Shown piece after piece: positions 29,759-41,347 of a stretch of DNA of 64,000 bases. The stretch's first letter is position 1. Each line of letters begins with the position of its first letter. Location: positions 36,580,001 to 36,644,000 of the forward strand of contig NC_043003.1 in the NCBI RefSeq assembly GCF_006345805.1, given 5' to 3'. The DNA comes from Octopus sinensis (Eukaryota). Made by a program: the position numbers and the translations under genes. The notes under the pieces were generated by a model that saw only the letters and a program-made list of their open reading frames with translations, ran no database searches and was not told where the DNA came from.

Positions 29759-29844
29759 ATACATATCAAATCGTGGGTTTGTTTTCCATCTTCTGCACAT
29801 ATATATATATATATGTATATATATATACATACATAATATATATA

Positions 29845-29883
<39 letters not shown>

Positions 29884-29951
29884 TTTACATTTATGTGTAT
29901 ATATATATATATGAATTCAATTAATATTTACATACACTTATATTATATATT

Positions 29952-30069
29952 GGTCTGCTCGGTTAGCCAGCGGTGTGGCGTCATTCGAAGGCTAAAACAA
30001 TGCGAACGCATTGTGACCAGCGATGTGTAGTAACATCTGTTACTCTGGTCAGTCACGTGATCACGTGAT
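29952..30069 (+). mobile_element. 3' fragment of SINE family C
   Basis: TTAGCCAGCGG..GTGGCGTCATT..TGTGACCAGCGATGT..GTCACGTGATCACGTGAT matches the 3' end of the 50.4 kb element. Confidence 0.75.
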
Positions 30070-30212
30070 ATTATATATGATATATATAATATATATGTAT
30101 ATGTTATACATCATAAGCATATGCATAAATACTTATAAAAACACACGCACCCACACACATACGTACATATATATATATATATACGTATATATATATATAT
30201 ACTCATATATAT

Positions 30213-30248
<36 letters not shown>

Positions 30249-30254
<6 letters not shown>

Positions 30255-30920
30255 TTAATAAGGTGAGAGAATTAGATACTAATTTAATAGTATATCTATT
30301 CAACACCAAGTGGCCCAGTGCTCCGAGAAACCTGGATTATTATAATATTTTGTAATATATTATAATATTTTATACAAAAAATAAATATAAGGGAGTGGTC
30401 ACTATATGGCTCACTCTAGCACTAGTTAATCCAAAAGGTTTCAACCACAAAAATACATGTTTCCCATGAAAGTCAGTACGATTGTTAGCTCACACGAACA
30501 GGGCAAATAAAAAATAACAAAAATACAGATTATTTTGGGACAATTGTTTCGCTATTAATGAATTAAATGTAATTTTACTGACAAAAAAAATCCACTTGTA
30601 GCTCCTCAGCCAAAACTATCTGGATGAAATCCACTCAATCACACGCCAGATTTTACCAAAACGATAAATACACGTGTGGTTCAATTGATTACATCCGACG
30701 TTATAATTCAAATGCCCCTACTAACAGCGCGCCAAACTTACAAGGTGACAAATACTACATTTAGAAGTAAATGTAGCATAATTATAATTAATTAATAAGG
30801 GTGAGAGAATTAGATACTAATTTAATAGTATATCTATTCAACACCAAGTGGCCCAGTGCTCCGAGAAACCTGGATTATTATAATATTTTGTAATATATTA
30901 TAATATTTTATACAAAAAAT
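30249..30920 (-). mobile_element. Non-coding Penelope-like/retrozyme-like element: ~537-bp unit plus partial direct repeat
   Basis: 30249-30385 is repeated at 30786-30920; TA tract on the left; hammerhead motif inside. Confidence 0.7.
30526..30622 (-). ncRNA. Type I hammerhead ribozyme motif
   Basis: Minus strand CAGATAGTTTTGG-CTGAGGA-GCTA..TAGC-GAAAC-AATT-GTC^-CCAAAATAATCTG. Stem I 11/13 bp, all core positions canonical; cut predicted between 30539 and 30538. Confidence 0.85.
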
Positions 30921-31038
30921 AATATATCATAAATATTTACAATACATACCAGATTCATATACAGTGTATATGATAATCATATTTTACATATTTGTAACAT
31001 ACTCACATAGAAAAATAATTCATATTCATATATATATA

Positions 31039-31076
<38 letters not shown>

Positions 31077-31597
31077 TCATTTATAAAAATGCCTACGTGT
31101 GTACGCTGAAATAGAGAAACTTGAGAAAATAAATTCTAAATATAAAGCAAAAAGGTCTAAATTCATAAGAACTAAAATGTTGTAGAATATATTTAGCTGT
31201 GCTGAGGTATTGGTAAGAAACCGAGAGAGGGGTGTTAGAACGGAAAGAATTATGTAGAGTGAATAGTGGGGAAAAGAACGAATATATTACATAGTTCATG
31301 ACTGGTATTTATGATTTTTATACATGGATTTGAATTCAATATTTACTAACATTCACAAAAGCGCCTATGTGAGTGTTCATTGCGTGTGTACGTGTGTGTA
31401 TGTATGTGAGTGCGTATGGGAGTTGGGTGAGGAATGCTTAGGGAAATGATTTTCTATGTATATCAATGTGCATTTGTGAATTATGAGAGTCATGAGTATG
31501 TATGCGTGTGTGTGGATGCATGTATTTATACATCAGCAAGCCCTATAGAAATTCACACACACTCACACAGAAACACACGCGCATATCTATATATCTA

Positions 31598-31639
<42 letters not shown>

Positions 31640-31815
31640 TAGATACGCGTACACACAAACATCTATGTATACGTGTAGATGTATATATGTACATACATAT
31701 CTACATAATTGCGTTAATATTTCTTTAAACCTATATAAATGTACACGTGTACGTATGTATAAACATATATATACATGTCCATATGTATATGTATATATAA
31801 TATATATATATATAT

Positions 31816-31859
<44 letters not shown>

Positions 31860-31979
31860 ATTTTATACAAAAAATAATATATCATAAATATTTACAATAC
31901 ATACCAGATTCATATACAGTGTATATGATAATCATATTTTACATATTTGTAACATACTCACATAGAAAAATAATTCATA

Positions 31980-32024
<45 letters not shown>

Positions 32025-32544
32025 TCATTTATAAAAATGCCTACGTGTGTACGCTGAAATAGAGAAACTTGAGAAAATAAATTCTAAATATAAAGCAAAA
32101 AGGTCTAAATTCATAAGAACTAAAATGTTGTAGAATATATTTAGCTGTGCTGAGGTATTGGTAAGAACCGAGAGAGGGGTGTTAGAACGGAAAGAATTAT
32201 GTAGAGTGAATAGTGGGGAAAAGAACGAATATATTACATAGTTCAATACTGGTATTTATGATTTTTATACATGGATTTGAATTCAATATTTACTAACATT
32301 CACAAAAGCGCCTATGTGAGTGTTCATTGCGTGTGTACGTGTGTGTATGTATGTGAGTGCGTATGGGAGTTGGGTGAGGAATGCTTAGGGAAATGATTTT
32401 CTATGTATATCAATGTGCATTTGTGAATTATGAGAGTCATGAGTATGTATGCGTGTGTGTGGATGCATGTATTTATACATCAGCAAGCCCTATAGAAATT
32501 CACACACACTCACACAGAAACACACGCGCATATCTATATATCTA

Positions 32545-32588
<44 letters not shown>

Positions 32589-32768
32589 TAGATACGCGTA
32601 CACACAAACATCTATGTATACGTGTAGATGTATATATGTACATACATATCTACATAATTGCGTTAATATTTCTTTAAACCTATATAAATGTACACGTGTA
32701 CGTATGTATAAACATATATATACATGTCCATATGTATATGTATATATAATATATATATATATATATAC

Positions 32769-32840
<72 letters not shown>
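30896..32840. repeat. ~950-bp near-identical tandem duplication bounded by (TA)n
   Basis: 30896-31850 is repeated at 31851-~32840, with only a few differences outside TA tracts. Confidence 0.92.
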
Positions 32841-32843
<3 letters not shown>

Positions 32844-33103
32844 TATATATACAAACATATTTAGAAATTTTCTACATATACATACATCTAAGCATAAAAA
32901 TAATTTGAACTGAAAAATTACGCAGCTCTTTCTTAAGTCCAACACAGAAGTCGTTGTAACTCTAGTTTTGGAATAATCCGGTAATATTGAATACCAACTC
33001 CTTTATGGTAAAATGAAATACATATACACGCCACACATACCAACATACCACACACGCACACATACATACACAGATACAAACATATACATGTATATATTTA
33101 CAT

Positions 33104-33137
<34 letters not shown>

Positions 33138-33394
33138 CATACGCATAGATTTATTTATATAGGAATCACTAAGTAAATCTATGTCAGAGTGTAAATGTGT
33201 ATGGAGTAAATTTGCACAAAGCTAGATTTCATATAAATGTAAATAAACGAAAGCTGCATTTCATGCGAATATATTTTTCAGTATTTTGTCAACCGATCAC
33301 ATCTTATATACAGGGGCCAGCAACGTAGGACTAAGTAGACAGTAGACTATTTTAGCTCGTGTATATGTATATATATATATATATATATATTTTA

Positions 33395-33457
<63 letters not shown>

Positions 33458-33749
33458 CATAGACATACGCACGTGCATACATATTTACATACGTACATTC
33501 AACCATAAAAACCATAAAAATCTCTAAGACCTCGTTTAGATTGAAAGGATGCTGATGAAAACAAGATCCTTTCATTCACCGCATACTTTCTTGGGGGGTA
33601 GCCGGTCAAAATTTACTCCGAATTAAAAGCATTGATGAACGCACATACAGTCATACATACATGCATACAAACATACATACATACATACATACATGAATAC
33701 ATGCGTGCATGCATGCATACATACATACATACATACATACATACATACA

Positions 33750-33782
<33 letters not shown>

Positions 33783-34014
33783 CCATACAGCTAATTACGG
33801 AAGAAATACTTTTGGAATTAGGTATTATAAAAGTGATTGACATTTTGAAGCTCTGTCATTAGAAACGTTTTACCTCAAGTATCGTCTATGCTCTCGATGA
33901 TTAAGATCATGGCCGATTTTTGGCCTTTTGCAAGTCGCATTTGGAAAGTTGTGTAGATGTTGCATACTTCCAAACAAAGATTCACTGGAATGATGAGGTT
34001 ATATTTATATTCAA

Positions 34015-34412
34015 CTAGCAGTATCACCCGGCGTTGCTCGAGTTTGTAAGGGAAATAACTATATAAGCATTTTAGAGATGTAAAGTATAATAGCCATTTC
34101 AATATGGCTAACCACAAGGGGGGGGGGGGGTTACTGTAGCTTTTTTACGTTCTGAGATTTAATAATAAATTTTTAGAGAGTTACTTCCCTTATATATGCC
34201 AAAAATGCATTAAAAATGGGAAAAATTGATGGTGATTTTTTTTTAAATCGTAGACTCATCGTAGACGCGCACTCATACCCAGAAGGGCTCGATATGAATC
34301 ATGACTATAAGATACCCGGTTTTGGTTAAACTGCACCGCAAAATGTGGGAGTAGTTAGGAATCTAAATCGTAGGAGACAGACAGCACACAACCTCACTTT
34401 TATATATAAAGA
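34015..34412 (-). mobile_element. Non-autonomous Helitron
   Basis: Minus strand starts TCTTTATATATAAAAG and ends with subterminal hairpin CTCGAGCAACGCCGGG then CTAG; inserted between A and T, no TSD. Confidence 0.85.
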
Positions 34413-35567
34413 TGACTCATTTAACCATCTCAATTGTAGCTACAGGGTCGTGGGATCCGGGAAATTTGATCCCATCCCCCAGTGGCAATGGATGTCTACA
34501 AAGAGAAAGGATTAACAAATCTGGCCCAAATTCATAATGATCGAAAATCTGACACCCTCTAAACTATGAGATTCTCCTTACGCACAAAAAACATCGACTT
34601 TAACTGAGTTTTCCAACACTTCTTTTGTCGTGATTAAACCATATAGTTGGTCACAAAATTACATCTCCTGAATGTTACCTACATCAACCAGGTAGAGTAA
34701 GTCAAAATCTTCACGTCTGTCTAAAATCAAATATACCGCACTGAGCGTGATCCATCGATTTCCTATTGCTTTGTCTCTGACAATCATCATCCTCGACGGG
34801 ATTCTGCTCCCAGCTCTCCATTAATACAAGCCAGATTTCTGACAACGCAAAATTCGGAGTTTGCGTATTCAAATGGCTAACCATCATATGCATTGCACCA
34901 CAGTCATATAGCTCGGGATGCTGTCTCTGTTCTAATCCAGTAAGTGAGCTCATATCTGTGCATTCTATCTAAATTGGCAGCACTAATCACAGGCTTGGGG
35001 TCCAGTAGCTGACTAGCCGAAATTCGTGATACACTGCTTGCAGATCAAACAAATACACTATCTTGATACATCTATTTAGTGATTTGAAAATCGCCAGTTA
35101 TCCGCGCAATTACACAACTTCTAAAACCACCGACAACGGGCGTAATATTATTAGATAATCTAAAAGTTGAGACAATAAAGTAAGGTGGGGATTTTGGCCT
35201 TATACCATATGGAAATCAACGGACATCTTTTGATTTTTAGATTAACTAACATTACCTTCATTTTTGATTTATCTTGAATACTTCAACTCGCCCATACAGA
35301 TGTATACGAAGACCATTGAAATATATCAGCTGCTAACATCAATCAGATTTAACAAGATCTATCCATACCAACATTGACTTTATTTTCTAAGGCCTTCAAT
35401 TACCTGATATCTCCCTTGCTTGATTGTTTGTTTATTTTTTTAGACATTAAATGGATTCTCAAAACATATGGGAAAAATTACTCATTACGAAAGGAAAATA
35501 CACTATGCGAATTCTAAATCCAAAACTTAAATAGCCACTAAATACAGAGGTGTACCCTTATTATATA

Positions 35568-35745
35568 CGGTAACCCCTCGACCATCGTAGGTGTTACGTT
35601 GCACAATTCCTCACGTTAGGTGAAAATCTACGAAGTAGAAACAGTGAACTACTGACTTTTTTATATTTATAATTTGTATATATTTATTTTATTACAAATG
35701 CAAAACAACACCACAGAGGAATCGACGTAAGCCTAAATAATAGAC
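35568..35745. mobile_element. pogo/Tigger-like MITE, partial
   Basis: CGGTAACCCCTCGACCATCG..GGTGTTACGTT..CGAAGTAGAAAC homologous to the 27130 copy. Confidence 0.6.
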
Positions 35746-35975
35746 CGTGCGCTTTACATCACTTGTTAAGGTTATCTCTACAGATATTCTATAGAAGTTA
35801 TAGACATCAATTATATACATCTGACGTTTCGTATCCAAACCGTCGTAACAAAAGTCAGCACTGGCTATAATTAAAGTACACTGCTAACACAGTAGAACAC
35901 AGGTTTAAAAGGTTTAATATACCTCATAGTATATTATGATTGCATAACGAAGTACGACATCCCTACAAGTCATTA

Positions 35976-36048
<73 letters not shown>

Positions 36049-36199
36049 GAAGGGAGAGGCTGCTTTCTCTTATACGAGTATACGAGCAACGCCATTGCTA
36101 GAAAGATTCATTGAAATGAGTCATTGATAATTCAATGTGAGACCTTTATATAAGTGTGTGTGTGTGAGTTTGTGTGTGTGAGTTTGTGCGTGTGTGTAC

Positions 36200-36230
<31 letters not shown>

Positions 36231-36572
36231 ATATTATATGTATATATATGTATATATGTACGTATACATACATATGTCTGTGTGTGTGTAGAAATATATT
36301 TTTATATCTAAGTATGTGTATGCATGTATACGTGTATGTATAACGTATATGTATATATCTACATATGTCTATGCATGTATATATATATCTATATATATAT
36401 TATATATATATTATATATATATATTATATTATATATATATATATATATATATCACAATCAAGGAACGGCCATAATAGGCCATTCACCCACTAGAAATAAC
36501 AGCCAAAGCTTCAACCGCAAATAAACATCAATTCCGTAAACCAGGAGAAAATTAAAAAACATTTACCCTGTA

Positions 36573-36678
36573 ATTTCTTATACGATGCACCGTTTCATCT
36601 ACTGTTTAATGGTAAACTAACTGATTAAATTAAATCAAGCCAATCTTCCATAGGCCCTTAGAATCATCAGTAAGAAAT
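36573..36678 (-). ncRNA. Type I hammerhead ribozyme motif (inverted copy)
   Basis: Reverse complement of the motif at 36725-36831 (one base shorter in the stem II insert). Confidence 0.7.
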
Positions 36679-36724
36679 AGCCAAGTCGGAACAGATATTT
36701 TCACGAGGCATTTCCGACTTGGCT

Positions 36725-36831
36725 ATTTCTTACTGATGATTCTAAGGGCCTATGGAAGATTGGCTTGATTTAATTTAATCAGGTTAGTTTACCATTAAAC
36801 AGTAGATGAAACGGTGCATCGTATAAGAAAT
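36725..36831 (+). ncRNA. Type I hammerhead ribozyme motif
   Basis: ATTTCTTA-CTGATGA(36733-36739)-TTCTA..TAGAT-GAAAC(36808-36812)-GGTGCATC-GTA^-TAAGAAAT. Perfect 8-bp stem I; predicted cut after 36823; first pair of stem II is U-U. Confidence 0.75.
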
Positions 36832-37209
36832 TACAGGGTAAATGTTTTTTAATTTTCTCTGGTTTACGGAATTGATGTTTATTTGCTGTTGAAGCTTTGG
36901 CTGTTATTTCTAGTGGGTGAATGGCCTATTATGGCCGTTCCTTGATTGTGATGTTGAACTTAAAAATGGTCTATGACTATTTAATTTTCTCCCACTAGGC
37001 CGCTGGTGGCAAAAAAATTCTACAAATTTTTTGCCACCCTATATTGATTAATTATGAATTTTCTGGTTAATTCCGTAATGGAATCGGCGGCTTATATTTA
37101 TTTGCTGCCGATAAATTTGGCGCGAGTGCGATGATTTGAAAATTTTAGGTCAGATATTACCGAGGCAGGATCGGAAATGCCTCGTGAAAATATCTGTTCC
37201 GACTTGGCT

Positions 37210-37316
37210 ATTTCTTACTGATGATTCTAAGGGCCTATGGAAGATTGGCTTGATTTAATTTAATCAGGTTAGTTTACCATTAAACAGTAGATGAAACGGT
37301 GCATCGTATAAGAAAT
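37210..37316 (+). ncRNA. Type I hammerhead ribozyme motif (second direct copy)
   Basis: Identical motif: CTGATGA 37218-37224, GAAAC 37293-37297, predicted cut after 37308. Confidence 0.75.
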
Positions 37317-37533
37317 TACAGGGTAAATGTTTTTTAATTTTCTCCTGGTTTACGGAATTGATGTTTATTTGCGGTTGAAGCTTTGGCTGTTATTTCTAGT
37401 GGGTGAATGGCCTATTATGGCCGTTCCTTGATTGTGATGTTGAACTTAAAAATGGTCTATGACTATTTAATTTTTTCCCACTAGGCCGCTGGTGGCAAAA
37501 AAATTCTACAAATTTTTTGCCACCCTATATTGA

Positions 37534-37576
<43 letters not shown>

Positions 37577-38332
37577 CACACATATATACGTGTCTGTATT
37601 TATACATATATGTACTATATAAAATAAAAACTTAAATTAGACTACAGTATGTACATCAACCAACTATAGTATCGTCATCAGTTGGGTGTCAAATTTCTCG
37701 CCATTTAATACATACGCATTCATTGTCTCTGATTAAAACTGGGTTTCTTCACCAATTTTCCATTGTTTTTAAAAAGTGTAGACATAATTATTATCTTCCA
37801 GTGTATTTTCATATTTCTATTATAGCAATACTAGCTCAAATGTCATTGTATACAGCTCTTGCTATGATTCTATGCCTCCTAGTAAGGTTTTAACTTGCTG
37901 ACATTTACGAACAGCTGATGATGATATGAGTTACATTTTCCGCACTGATTTGACATAACCAATATCTAAAATATTCCATAGAGCTGCTGTCACAATGCTG
38001 TAGTCTAAAGCGTTACAGGTTTACAGATGATTATCGCTGGAGGTGCTTTAAATAGTCGATGCAATGAATATAGTTCGTAGAGTTAGGTTGAATTTGTAAC
38101 AACGAATGTGAAATGGTGAATCTCATTTTTTAATGTAAAATTCCTTTTGCGTGTGTTCTTGCACGTAAGTTAAGTGTTTATTGATAGTTCTTTCTCTTTT
38201 TTTTTTCTTTTTGCATGTGTGTGTTTCAGATAGATTGATCGAGAAAGAGTTTGCATTTTTACGGTTCTTTGTACGGTTCAATACTTTCTCAAGTCCCTCG
38301 CCACTGACTTAGAACAAGTCGTAAGATTACAA

Positions 38333-38943
38333 TTCGATGTCATTGTGAATTATTGGCAGAGAAGAAGAAGAAGAAGAAGAAGAAGAAGAAGAAGAAGAAG
38401 AAGAAGAAGAAGAAGAAGAAGAAGAAGAAGAAGAAGAAGGGTGTCAAGAGCAATACATAGATCAGACAAAAACAGCCTACGTCAAAAGATGGCTCTGCTT
38501 CAGAATTTTTCCCCCTCTATTAATTCGGGACGATACGACCTGTAGCCAAGGAATTAATAAAGAGTCCCTCTTTATTACACTATACAGACCCCTTTGGAAT
38601 GCATTCATAACAAATGACATATCCACCACGACCTTAGAATAAACACACACGCAAATATTAAAACTGATACATTCAAAAGAGATACCCAAGAATTCATTAA
38701 AAACAGTCCCAATCACTGCTATAACCCACAAGTCACTCTCAGGGCACTTGACCGTTTAACATCCTGCTACTATCATAGCACTCCCGCATTATTTTCTTCT
38801 TCTTCCTCCTCCTCCACGTCTTTTCTTCTTCTTCTTCTTCTTCTTCTTCTTCTTCTTCTTCTTCTTCTTCTTCTTCTTCTTCTTCCGCCTCCGCTTCTAC
38901 TTCTTTTTCTTCTTCTCTGTCAAGAATTCACAACGACCTCGAA
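38333..38943. repeat. Inverted repeat: 28-nt unique arm plus (GAA)n facing (TTC)n plus complementary arm
   Basis: 38333-38360 is complementary to 38916-38943; (GAA)n 38361-38439 faces (TTC)n ~38794-38915. Confidence 0.85.
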
Positions 38944-39064
38944 CGCACAAGAGTAACCAAGAGAGACAAAGACAGGCAGAAACCAAGAAAATTCCCCTTG
39001 TAAACTATGCAAATATTCTTTTAAAATACTTATCATTTAATTTTTCCATAATTTAATTGTTTTC

Positions 39065-39113
39065 CATACTTACCGTTGATAAAGTCTCAATGACTGAAAC
39101 CGGTACTGAAATG
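39065..39113 (+). ncRNA. Hammerhead-like motif with U3-A8 core variant
   Basis: TTGATAA(39076-39082)-AGTC TCAAT GACT-GAAAC-CG-GTA^-CTGAAATG. Stem I is weak in this copy; followed by an inverted copy of its 3' half (palindrome 39090-39170) and a TA tract. Confidence 0.5.
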
Positions 39114-39189
39114 CTTTTTATAAATTTTATAAAATTTTATAAAAAGCATTTCAGTACCGGTTTTAGTCATACATACACAATATGTATTC

Positions 39190-39284
<95 letters not shown>

Positions 39285-40628
39285 ATACATGTGTGTGTTT
39301 GTATGAATATATATATATATATGTGTGTGAGTGTGTGTGTGTGTGTATGTGTGTGTGTGCGTGTGTGTCTGTATGTGTATAAATCCTCAGAAAACACATC
39401 AGATTCAAAACTAATGCATCAACTATTTCAAATGCTTCTATATAGCAAAACATTAAAAACATTAATTTTAATGAAATGATTCATTATTCCATATACGCGC
39501 GCACATGTACGCTTATACACGCACATACACACGCGCATACATGCATGCATATATATATGTGTGTGTATGTGCGTGTGTGTGTGTGTGTGTGCATAATATT
39601 TTAGACTATTGAATATACGTCAATTAGTGTCCTATAAAGGACAGTTGCAGGACAAGTTGAAATGTTCGTCGTACAAAATACAGAGTTATACCAATTCCAT
39701 CTTCTGTTGATTTAATAGTTTATTATATATATGTGTGTGTGTGTAGATTGTAAAGTTCAACCCCTTTGTATATGCATATATGTATATATTTACGCGTGTG
39801 GGGTGTGCATTACGTGATACAAATAATACATGCAAATAAAAATACACTACGTGTTTGGAACAGCGCAATATATTTTCTTTCAAATAAACCCAATTATGCA
39901 ATTTTTATTCACATAAAAAAGCTACGTCAACACGAATGAATCTATTTCGAAATTAATTATCTGAAAAATTCAACATGATCCTTGTTTAAGGGAGAAACAT
40001 ATCTAAATATAATTGCTGGCCTGGACGATCTTATTGTTATAGGCACTTATTGTCATAGCCAGTCTTCAGCAGTTTTTTGGAGGAGAAAGTACCACATTGA
40101 ATTCAATTCATTTCATATGGACACATGATATGGGATAAACCAAATGTAACGAGTAACATGTGGTGTCTGGGTTCTTCGTACTAATTGAAATCTCCTTTGC
40201 GTTTGGAAAATGAGAGTTTTGATAGCTTGGGAGACTGAAAATTTTAATTTTGACGCAAAACAGAAACGAAGTGCGGTAGTTGTAAACACATTGTACTTAA
40301 AATACAGTAAGCATGAAGCAATCCCTCATGTTTGTTATTAAGGAATATATTTCCCACAAGATTGCTCAATGTATCGTAAGTTGTTCAGGAAAATATTATC
40401 CGTACATGTATAATAATTGAAAGTAAAACAGTAAAAAAGAAAACACATCCACGAAATATCTATGTAGAAAATATTTACACGACTGGACAAGTTCATAAAA
40501 GGGTACCACATTTAAGAACGAAATATGTGTAGGCAATAAATTTGGTTACTCTTAACATGAAACAAACTGTCAAACTTGTCTTACTGTTCGTACTGAAAGG
40601 GTAAAAAAATCAGCAAAAATTACCAATA

Positions 40629-40775
40629 CAGTAATCTCTCGACTACTGCGAGAGTTAGGTTCCAAAACTGCGAAGTAGAGACAGTACTGTAACGTATATT
40701 TTTTTAATTTTTATAATTTGCATATATTTATTTTATTATAAATGCAAAACAAAACCACGGAGTAGTCGATGTAAA
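40629..40775. mobile_element. pogo/Tigger-like MITE, partial (interrupted by SINE)
   Basis: CAGTAATCTCTCGACTAC..CGAAGTAGAGACAG..TTATTATAAATGCAAAAC homologous to the 27130 copy. Confidence 0.6.
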
Positions 40776-40780
40776 CTCAA

Positions 40781-41347
40781 TCCTTTCTACTGTAGGCACA
40801 AGTCCTAAAATTTGGCGGAAGGGATTAAGTCGATTACATCGATTCCACTGCGTAACTGGTACTTACTTAATCGACCCCGAAAGGATGAAACTCAGAACTT
40901 AGCGGCAGACGAAACACCTATTTCTATTTCTATTTCTTTACTACCCACAAGGGGCTAAACACAGAGAGGACAAACAAGGGCAGACAAACGGATTAAGTCA
41001 ATTATATCGACTCCAGTGCGTAACTGGTACTTAATTTATCGACCCCGAAAGTATGAAAGGCAAAGTCTACCTCGGCGGAATTTGAACTCAGAACGTAGCG
41101 GCATACGAAATACCTCTTTCTTTACTACCCACAAGGGGCTAAACACAGAGGGGACAGACAAAAACAAACAAACGGATTAAGTCGATTAAATCGACCTGAG
41201 TGCGTAACTGGTACTTATTTAATCGACCCCGAAAGGATGAAAGGCAAAGTCGACCTCGGCGGAATTTGAACTCAGAGCGCAGCGGCAGACGAAATACCGC
41301 TAAGCATTTCACCCGGCGTGCTACCGTTTCTGCCACCCTGCCGACTT
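40781..41347 (-). mobile_element. Three tandem, partly overlapping SINE family A units
   Basis: Block GGATTAAGTCGAT..GCGTAACTGGTACTT..ATCGACCCCGAAAG.ATGAAA occurs three times; tRNA-like head (GGCAGAA, GAGTTCAAATTCC) at the right end. The core recalls the Deu/Nin-type SINE domain (from memory, unverified). Confidence 0.9.

Larger units (their letters stand above)
36451..37540. mobile_element. Non-coding Penelope-like/retrozyme-like element: one inverted and two direct hammerhead-bearing repeats (period 485 bp) in a (TA)n site
   Basis: 36712-37053 is repeated at 37197-37540; 36451-36717 is the reverse complement of 37171-37439. Copies are almost identical, TA tracts lie on both sides, and there is no ORF. 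Confidence 0.85.

Noticed and set aside
34440-35150. Higher-GC non-repetitive block, possibly a retroelement
   Set aside because: No recognisable motif in any frame by eye.
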